The position numbers and the translations under genes were made by a program. The notes beneath the pieces were generated by a model. That model was not told the origin of the DNA. It saw only the letters and a program-made list of their open reading frames with translations, and did no database searches. A stretch of 64,000 bases of DNA from a virus: the IMG/VR virus record IMGVR_UViG_3300031952_000004, positions 45,586-109,585 of that record; one strand, 5' to 3'. Below, piece after piece: positions 56,886 through 64,000 of this stretch; position 1 is the stretch's first letter; every line of letters begins with the position of its first letter.

Positions 56886-57122
56886 TTACTCCAGTTCTTC
56901 CCAATGGATTAGTTCCATAGTTCTTTCTACATTTCCTATTCCTACACATTCATTATCACAAAAGAAAAATTCTATTTCAGGAATTCCTGTTAATTCTTCT
57001 ATTGCCTTTTCTAATTTATAAATTTCTTTAGAATAATTGTCTTGAATTAATTTATAAGTTTTTAAAAAAGGTTTTAATCTTTTTATTGATTCTTTAGTTT
57101 TTGGATATTTATATTTTTTCAT
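56886..57122 (-). CDS. Hypothetical protein
   Basis: ORF in operon. Confidence 0.5.
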   Translation of the reverse strand: MKKYKYPKTKESIKRLKPFLKTYKLIQDNYSKEIYKLEKAIEELTGIPEIEFFFCDNECVGIGNVERTMELIHWEELE

Positions 57123-58318
57123 TCTTTTATTCCTGTTTTATAATTAAAAATAGTAGCTATTTCGTTTCCTTCTACACAATTCGATATTTGAGATTTTTCT
57201 ACATGAACAACTAAAGAAAATCCTGTTTGTACTTTTTCTACTACTTCCTTACCTTTTTCGTCTATCTCACCTGTCTTTACTTTTTCAAACTCTCCATCTG
57301 CTTTTTGACCTCTACGTAATCTTAATATTAATCTACTATTATGAGCAAGAGCATGTCCGCCACTTAAAACTTCGCACTTAATAAACGAACCCAAATCTAA
57401 TCTACTTTGACCTATTAGAAAAATTGCACATTTAGCGTCAGCAACAAAAGGAGTAGCCATTCTAAAAAATTGAGAAAGTTTTCTAGCTAGAAGTGCCATC
57501 GAATCGTCTGCTACTGAACGTTCTTTATCTGCTTTACCTTCGTATTGTTCTCCGTGAGGAGACATTCCATGTAAAGAATCTAATACTATTAGGTCTGTTA
57601 CTTTTTCTTTACATAATTTAATTACTACATCTAACGTTTCCTCAGCTTCTTTTGTAGCAATATAAACTAAATTTTCAGTATCTACTCCAAAAGATTTTGC
57701 CCATTCCGCATTATAAGACCTTTCCATATCTATATAGGCAACTATTTTTCCTTGTTTTTGAGTAGTAGCAATTAGTTTATAAGCTATTGTAGATTTACCT
57801 ACACCTTTACTACCCCAAACTGTAGTATATGTTCCTGTAGGAATTCCTCCATTTGTTAATTTATCTAAACATTTATATCCGAAAGATAATCTTTCTCTTG
57901 CTTCTATTTTATTAGCGTAATCTATAGAAATATTTTTATTTCCTTTATTTATATCTCTTAATACTGTATTAAGTTTATCTTTTCTTTCTTGAGAAATTTG
58001 TTTATTATTTTCTTCTATTAAAGGATTAGATACTATCTTTCCTTCTTTGGCATCTTGTAATCCTTTTTTTATTAATGCTTCAGTTTTACTGGATAAATTT
58101 TTAGGTAAATCTATAAAATCTCCTGTACCATTAAATTCTATCGAATTATTTTCTAATTTATTATCTTGTTTTCTATCTTTTAATAATTTTTTAGATAAAT
58201 TTTTATTTGCTTCTTTTAAAAGTTCATCAGAATTTTTACAATCTATATCTTTAAAAATATTATTACCCCCTCTAGAAATTTTATTTTTACTACCTTTGGG
58301 TCTTCCACGTTTAGACAT
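57119..58318 (-). CDS. recA: RecA/UvsX-like recombinase with N-terminal extension
   Basis: LDKLTNGGIP.G, GSKGVGKS, YIDME, IVLDSL, ALLAR.LSQ, SGGHAL.H. Confidence 0.9.
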   Translation of the reverse strand: MSKRGRPKGSKNKISRGGNNIFKDIDCKNSDELLKEANKNLSKKLLKDRKQDNKLENNSIEFNGTGDFIDLPKNLSSKTEALIKKGLQDAKEGKIVSNPLIEENNKQISQERKDKLNTVLRDINKGNKNISIDYANKIEARERLSFGYKCLDKLTNGGIPTGTYTTVWGSKGVGKSTIAYKLIATTQKQGKIVAYIDMERSYNAEWAKSFGVDTENLVYIATKEAEETLDVVIKLCKEKVTDLIVLDSLHGMSPHGEQYEGKADKERSVADDSMALLARKLSQFFRMATPFVADAKCAIFLIGQSRLDLGSFIKCEVLSGGHALAHNSRLILRLRRGQKADGEFEKVKTGEIDEKGKEVVEKVQTGFSLVVHVEKSQISNCVEGNEIATIFNYKTGIKE

Positions 58319-58526
58319 TCAATCCTCCCATTATTCTATTACAAAAAGGACATTTATATTCAAAAACACTTTGTCTAATTATTATAAATGCTGGATAATT
58401 AAATTTTCCATGACAATCAGGACATTCATAATTAAATTCTTGAATAGGAACTTTAGAGGGAAAACGATAACAGCAACCATTACAAGTTCCTCCGTAACAT
58501 TCTCCTTGTAAATAATTACAATACAT
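58311..58526 (-). CDS. Small Zn-finger protein
   Basis: CPDC..CPFC plus an N-terminal Cys cluster. Confidence 0.55.
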   Translation of the reverse strand: MYCNYLQGECYGGTCNGCCYRFPSKVPIQEFNYECPDCHGKFNYPAFIIIRQSVFEYKCPFCNRIMGGLNV

Positions 58527-58655
58527 TTTATTCTCCTTATTCTAAATTATTTAATCTTTCTATTTCTTTTTTTAGTTCTTCTATTTCTTTTAATGCTTCA
58601 CAAAGAGGACAATCTCTTCCCTCATAAGCAATATCACAACCATTACAATAATTCA

Positions 58656-58988
58656 TTATAGTTCTCCTTTTTCTATAAAATCTCTTTCAGTAAATGTTGG
58701 ATAGGATTTAATTTCGTCAATTTCTTTCTCCCATTTTTTCCAATTCTCTTTTGATTTTTCTGTTTCGTGAGGAATTCTAATTCTAAAACCGCAACACATT
58801 AAAACAAAAGTAAATTCATAAGCACCACACATTATATCATTTTCAAATTCTATGTTAATAAATTGCCAAGTATTCCAATTATAGGTTTTCCATAAAAAAA
58901 TCTCGGTTAAACATTGCCAAAAAGAAATCATTAAACCATTATTAAATTCAAAATTGATACAATCAATAAATCTTCTTTCTATTTTCAT
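58656..58988 (-). CDS. Hypothetical protein
   Basis: AGGAG RBS. Confidence 0.55.
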   Translation of the reverse strand: MKIERRFIDCINFEFNNGLMISFWQCLTEIFLWKTYNWNTWQFINIEFENDIMCGAYEFTFVLMCCGFRIRIPHETEKSKENWKKWEKEIDEIKSYPTFTERDFIEKGEL

Positions 58989-58998
58989 GTTTTCTCCT

Positions 58999-59244
58999 TT
59001 ATAATCCTGTTTGTAATCTTTTTATTGTTTCTATTTCTTCTTCATGTTCGGATAAAATTCTGTTATATTCGTCTAATACTTTTAGTCCTTTATCTACATA
59101 ATCATTTAACCATCCAGATGCTCCAGGAATAACTCTCCTAACATATTCCCATAAATAATTGTGTAATTCTCTAATATAATCAAAAATCTCACTATCTTGG
59201 TCTATTTTATCTTGTGCTAAAAATCCATCGGGTCTGGGTTTCAT
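58999..59244 (-). CDS. Hypothetical protein
   Basis: AGGAG RBS. Confidence 0.55.
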   Translation of the reverse strand: MKPRPDGFLAQDKIDQDSEIFDYIRELHNYLWEYVRRVIPGASGWLNDYVDKGLKVLDEYNRILSEHEEEIETIKRLQTGL

Positions 59245-59567
59245 GTTTGCTCCTTTAAAATTTTAAAAAAATCCTCACAATCAATTACTATCCATCTTTT
59301 ACCGTCATGATTTTCTAATGCTAACAAAGGTATTTTTTGTGTATTAATTGGTAGTTGTGCCAAAAGATGATTCCATACATTATTATTTACTTGAACAGAT
59401 TTTGTATTTCTTTTTTTACATTCTACAAAAAATTTATAACTGACTATATCTCCTATATCATTTCCACAACCAGACCCCCTACTCAATCTTGCCTGTGGGT
59501 CTATTTCTTTTACTTTAGAAAGAATATACTCTTCTAATTTTTTACCTATTTCTCTTTTAGTTTTCAT
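59241..59567 (-). CDS. PD-(D/E)XK nuclease, Hjc-like resolvase
   Basis: G..LE....GSG....GDI....VECK. Confidence 0.75.
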   Translation of the reverse strand: MKTKREIGKKLEEYILSKVKEIDPQARLSRGSGCGNDIGDIVSYKFFVECKKRNTKSVQVNNNVWNHLLAQLPINTQKIPLLALENHDGKRWIVIDCEDFFKILKEQT

Positions 59568-60499
59568 TTTCTATTTGTAATCGTAATTTAAGATAATTAG
59601 AAAGTTCTTTTACAAGATAAGGATGAAAATTTTCTATTATATAAAAATGTCTAATTAATTTTTCTAAATTTTTTATATTATTTTTTATTACTTCTAATTC
59701 AATAATATCATCACGAATACAATCACATAGATGATTTAATCTTAATCCTTTTAAACAATTTTTATGAGCCATTTTTATTCCTTTATTTATAAATTAAAAC
59801 AAAATGTTTTATTTCGTCTTTTGTCCATTTTTTTGAATAAATTTATATAACTTTTTTGGATTTATATCTTCCAGAATACAATGAGATTTTTTATAATATT
59901 CTTTACAGGGAAATTCACTTAACCAAAAGGTAATTAAACATAATTGCTTATCTCTATGGTTCTTAAATTTAGATATTATTTCTTTTTCTTTTTTATTTAG
60001 GTTCATTTTTTAATCTAATAAATAATCCATCTCGTTTGAATTCAGAAATATGAGCAAGATAAATATCATTGCCTTTGTAATAAAGAATAAATTCTGTTTC
60101 ATCATCAGTAAAAGCTCCGAATCCTTCAAAAAAAGAACCTATTTGATTAATATCCAATTCTCTTACTTTTTTTTCTAAATCTTCATTTATTTTTATCATT
60201 TTTTATTTCCTTTACAATGCGATTGAATAATTTCTTCCAGTAATTTCTATCATGATTTACCAATATTATTTTTTTTCATCTTCTTTTATATTTTTAATTA
60301 TTTTATTGAATTCTCTGCGTTGCTCTACGATTTCGAGTTCTTCTTTTATCATTATAAAACTCTGCATAAGAATTTGTTCGCTCAAGATTATTTTTTGTTT
60401 TATTCCAGAATGATTTTTAAACATTTTTTTTAATAAAGAATATTGTCGATTCATTATGTGATACACTTCATTTAATTTTTTAATTTGTTTAATTATCAT
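59557..60499 (-). other. Cluster of four small hypothetical ORFs (59557-59772, 59809-60006, 59993-60199, 60266-60499)
   Basis: Co-oriented short ORFs from the ORF track. Confidence 0.5.
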
Positions 60500-63400
60500 A
60501 TTAAATCTTTTATTTTAAAAATTCTAGTTTGATGGTCATACATGCAAGGAAGTATATAAGTACAAAAATTTCCTCTAGGTTCTTTTATTTTACTAATATC
60601 CCAATGACCTTCTGTATGATTTTCGTTATCTTGGATATAACGTGCTGCAAAAGTAGGAAAATGGTCTATTAAATTTGGAGCAAACCATTCATAGTTTTGT
60701 TTTAATTGTGTAAATATAATTAATATACCTCTTTTTCTTTGTAATTCATCATTCAAATGTTTTAAAGTTGTATCGGTTTCTGCTTTATTTTCCAAACATA
60801 ACCAATCTATTATTGTAAAAGAATTTGGTTCTAGTTCTACAGCTAAAGGATTAGCATGTTGACAATGAAAGAATTTACCTTCTATTTCTAATAATTTAGC
60901 TATCTTTTGGAAACGAGACCCTGCTTCGTTATAAACATAATAGGGTTTAATGTCTTGTTCTATCATTTCTTTTAAAATATTAAGTGCTATTGTAGTATTG
61001 TGATTAACAAATCCATTACACCAAAATTGATTATTTGTACTATATTTTTTATTTTCTATATTAAAGTCATAAACATATTTTTCTTCATTTAAATAAATTT
61101 TAGAAATTATTTTATCTATAAAATATGCATCTTTATAAAATTGATTATTTCCAAAAGTTTTTATTTTTGATTTTCTTTTTATATTCTTTAGCAATTTAAT
61201 ATGTTCATATTTAATCGGATTGAAAATATTTAAAAATTTTAATCCAAATTCAGATGTTATAAAAATTTTATAATATTTATTATTTTTATATTTTTTAATT
61301 ATTTTTTCTTCTTTTTTACAAAAAATACCAAAATTTAATAACATTATATGTAATACATCTATTATTTTTTTACTTGCCATTGTTAATTCCAAAGAAGTTC
61401 CATGACCTAAACTACTCTCGCAACTAAACAATGCTCCTATAAAATTTCTTTGAATTTCTTCATTTCCTTGTAAAATACATTTAGGAACATATCTATCAGG
61501 AGATTTTATATTTTTAATATGAGTTGATTGTTTCAATACTCTTTGTTTAAACCATTTTAATAAAATAGACGAATTTATAGAAATTTTTAAGCAATTATTT
61601 TCTATAGTATAATTTGGTTTTAAACCATAAATATTTACAATTAATTTTATATCTTTTGCTATTGTATTTTTTTCTGTTTTGCTATTAGTATATATATGTA
61701 TAGAATTTTTATCTAAACTTCCGTCTCCTATAATATATCCTATTAATCTTGCTAATTCTGGAGTTATTTCTTTTATAGATTTGACTAATTTTTTTGGATT
61801 TGATGTTAACGATTTTTTATACCAATAATCTTTTTTAAATTGTTTTATATTTCCTGCAAAATGTTTTGGAGATACAATTAAAATTTCTTCATTTTTTTGA
61901 ATATCTTTTAATGCTTTAAACTCTGTTTTATATTGTCCATTATTAAAGTTTTTTACAATTGTCATAATTTTATGATTTGGAGTAGCTTCCAATTCGTATC
62001 CATATTCTGTTGATATTTTTATAGTTTCTTTTACTTTTTCTTTCCAAAAATAATTTGGAGACCTATAAGATTTATCTTGTAATTTTCCTGTAAACAATTT
62101 AATATGTTTTCCTTTATCAATTGAAATTCCATCATGTTTTTTATTGCCAAAATCTGCAATATCTATTAGTCCATAATTTGTTGTTAAATATCCATTTGTT
62201 AAACATTTTCCTTCGTTAGTTTTTCCACCTAAAATTAAACAATCTGCATCTTGAAATAAAGCTATATTATTAAATAAAGGCATTTTATATTGATATTCTT
62301 CTATAACTTCGGGAGTAGCATCCGTCCAATCAATTTTTTCTTTATATTGATAGCGACCTCTACCTAAACGAATAGCTTTACCTTCTTTTACAAATTTAGA
62401 AAGATATTTATCTATGATAGCTCTAGATAATTTTAAACTTTCCATTATATCTTTGGCTGATACGTCATTTTGAATTAATTTCAAATATTCGTAAATCGCT
62501 TTTTCGTGGCTTTCGGATTCTGAGACCTTATAAGTTGAAAGACTACCTAACATTCCTTTTATTTCATGATAAGGTAATGGAGGTTTAAAAAAATTATTTG
62601 AAATTAATGATAAAATATAAGTAGTATCTTCTATACTAAATTTATTTATTAATGCTCCACCCATACTTGTAAGAGTATTATTTCTTCCTTCTCCTTCTTT
62701 TATTTTTTCTACTTCTGGAATAATTATTTCTGAAGAAGATTTTTTTTCATTTCCTATTTGTTTAAAAGACAATAACATAGTTTTTATGTCTTCTGGTATT
62801 TGTTTTATTTCTATGCCCAAATTAACCCATTTATATTCAAGATTATCTATTTTAGAAGGAGCTATAACTATCTGACCGCCTGTATTTCTAATATCTATAT
62901 GTAATCCTCCTAAATTAGTACATTGTTGTAAATCTTTGTCAAATTGAAATACAAAATGTTTACCATGAGGAGTATTAGCTGTTAAGGTTTTACATTCATT
63001 TATTTTTTTATAAATTTGTTCTAATTCTTGAGCAGGAGCTACTTTTAAATCAATATCAATAACAGTTACATTACTTTTTGAACAATTTAAACCTATATTG
63101 AGTCCATTATTTAACCACTTAATCCACGTTGTTTTTTCTCTATGTTCAGTATTTACCCAATCTTTTTCAAAAGGAATTTTAGAGTTATTTAATAAAGGGA
63201 TTAAAGACCAACCATAATTCTGATATGTAGTTAATTCTATATACATATCTAATTTTAATTCTTCTATGAGATAACTAATAATCTCGGCATCTGATTTATC
63301 TTTTTTATCAGGTTCTATTAAACGAACTGCATCAAACATATTTCCCTTCCATCCACAAATTAGACAATTTATTTTATCTGAACTAGGGATAAAAGTAGCT

Positions 63401-63534
63401 GTAGGATTATTTGTTGAAAATTTATGTTCGTTTATACGTGGACAAGTAAATAAAAATTGTCCTTTCTTTGTTATTTTTTGAAATCCTTTTATTTTTTTAG
63501 AAAGATAATCGAATAATTTATCTTGTAAATTCAT
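60496..63534 (-). CDS. Primase-polymerase/helicase fusion, intein-containing
   Basis: N-terminal Zn finger; Prim-Pol NIGL..VIDID..TPHGKH..DIR..GGQIVIAPS; PriCT EG.RNNTL; wHTH; RecA-type GGKTNEGK/T and IIDW. Confidence 0.88.
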   Translation of the reverse strand: MNLQDKLFDYLSKKIKGFQKITKKGQFLFTCPRINEHKFSTNNPTATFIPSSDKINCLICGWKGNMFDAVRLIEPDKKDKSDAEIISYLIEELKLDMYIELTTYQNYGWSLIPLLNNSKIPFEKDWVNTEHREKTTWIKWLNNGLNIGLNCSKSNVTVIDIDLKVAPAQELEQIYKKINECKTLTANTPHGKHFVFQFDKDLQQCTNLGGLHIDIRNTGGQIVIAPSKIDNLEYKWVNLGIEIKQIPEDIKTMLLSFKQIGNEKKSSSEIIIPEVEKIKEGEGRNNTLTSMGGALINKFSIEDTTYILSLISNNFFKPPLPYHEIKGMLGSLSTYKVSESESHEKAIYEYLKLIQNDVSAKDIMESLKLSRAIIDKYLSKFVKEGKAIRLGRGRYQYKEKIDWTDATPEVIEEYQYKMPLFNNIALFQDADCLILGGKTNEGKCLTNGYLTTNYGLIDIADFGNKKHDGISIDKGKHIKLFTGKLQDKSYRSPNYFWKEKVKETIKISTEYGYELEATPNHKIMTIVKNFNNGQYKTEFKALKDIQKNEEILIVSPKHFAGNIKQFKKDYWYKKSLTSNPKKLVKSIKEITPELARLIGYIIGDGSLDKNSIHIYTNSKTEKNTIAKDIKLIVNIYGLKPNYTIENNCLKISINSSILLKWFKQRVLKQSTHIKNIKSPDRYVPKCILQGNEEIQRNFIGALFSCESSLGHGTSLELTMASKKIIDVLHIMLLNFGIFCKKEEKIIKKYKNNKYYKIFITSEFGLKFLNIFNPIKYEHIKLLKNIKRKSKIKTFGNNQFYKDAYFIDKIISKIYLNEEKYVYDFNIENKKYSTNNQFWCNGFVNHNTTIALNILKEMIEQDIKPYYVYNEAGSRFQKIAKLLEIEGKFFHCQHANPLAVELEPNSFTIIDWLCLENKAETDTTLKHLNDELQRKRGILIIFTQLKQNYEWFAPNLIDHFPTFAARYIQDNENHTEGHWDISKIKEPRGNFCTYILPCMYDHQTRIFKIKDLI
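60997..62205 (-). mobile_element. Intein (403 aa) with LAGLIDADG-type endonuclease in helicase Walker A
   Basis: Starts CLTNGYL after GK, ATPNHK, IGYIIGDG, ends VYDF...FWCNGFVNHN, followed by Thr. Confidence 0.92.
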
Positions 63535-63688
63535 TCTTTATTCCTTTTTCGTATTCTTCTTTTGTGATTTCTTTTCCATTAATATAATAAATTATTGCTA
63601 ACTCAAGTTCTAATCTGCATAAACTACAGATTTTAATTTTAGGATTTAAATCTTTTACTTCTCTTTTTTTACATAACAAACAAATCAT

Positions 63689-64000
63689 TTATTCTGCTCT
63701 CAACCATTCCAACAATTCGTCTGCTAACATTTTAGTGAATTGAGATGCTGTTTCAGGGTCTGCAAACTGTTGAGAACTCGCTACTGCTGCAGCAGCATTT
63801 AAAGCGTTTCCTCGTTGAATCTGAGCTGTTTTTTCTGGATTATCATAAGATGTTTTAGTATAAGTTTTAGTTTCTTTATCTGTAGCAATAGATTTTGTTG
63901 CTCCTTTTTTATTACAAGTGTAACAAGTTTTATATTTATTATCTTTTAATTCTTTTCCGCAAGCTTCACAAGCAAATCCTGTAGATGTTGTTTCTTTTTT
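63689..64000 (-). CDS. Partial ORF running off the window, Zn finger plus helical tail
   Basis: Open from 64000: CEACG..CYTC..QIQRGNALNAA..LLEWL. Confidence 0.6.
   Translation of the reverse strand, partial: KKETTSTGFACEACGKELKDNKYKTCYTCNKKGATKSIATDKETKTYTKTSYDNPEKTAQIQRGNALNAAAAVASSQQFADPETASQFTKMLADELLEWLRAE

Noticed and set aside
2187-59537. Antisense or nested short ORFs in the track (e.g. 2187-2429, 2970-3332, 4678-4980, 33470-33709, 47213-47587, 58047-58511)
   Set aside because: Shadow frames of real genes, with Phe/Leu/Ile-rich composition typical of reverse-read AT-rich DNA and no convincing RBS
1-64000. CRISPR array, tRNA/rRNA genes, diversity-generating retroelement, integrase, endolysin
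   Set aside because: No spaced direct repeats, cloverleaf, reverse transcriptase, recombinase or lysin motifs recognised by eye

Overview
This 64 kb window is part of a very AT-rich tailed dsDNA bacteriophage genome with siphovirus-like organisation. A bacterial host is implied by GGAG/AGGAG Shine-Dalgarno sites and by peptide deformylase, ClpP and RecA homologues. There are two convergent arms. The + arm (1-28346) is the virion module: portal with a ChaB-like tail, protease/scaffold, major capsid, head-tail connectors, tail tube, LamG/beta-helix fibres, chaperones, tape measure and tail tip. The - arm (28343-64000) carries replication, recombination and accessory genes: Prim-Pol/helicase, RecA, TerS-like and TerL, HD hydrolase, PolB, two PAPS-reductase-family proteins, RuvC, RNA ligase, SbcD/SbcC and an amidoligase. 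Main observations: (1) a heavy load of selfish elements, with four LAGLIDADG inteins (one just after the amidoligase CGLHIH motif) and about 11 free-standing nuclease genes or remnants. Two HNH genes appear to have split PolB and SbcD into separately translated pieces with no intron, supplying the RBS for the downstream piece. (2) A dense protein-processing/membrane cluster (31.1-39.5 kb): two ClpP paralogues flanking a BT1-like folate/biopterin MFS transporter, an M50 site-2 protease, peptide deformylase, SprT and another HExxH peptidase. (3) A recurring GC-rich hairpin ending in 3' CCA instead of a U-tract after three genes. (4) A relic copy of the terminase C-terminus and a G10 tract at a fibre gene junction. 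All family calls come from motif recognition by eye, not database searches.
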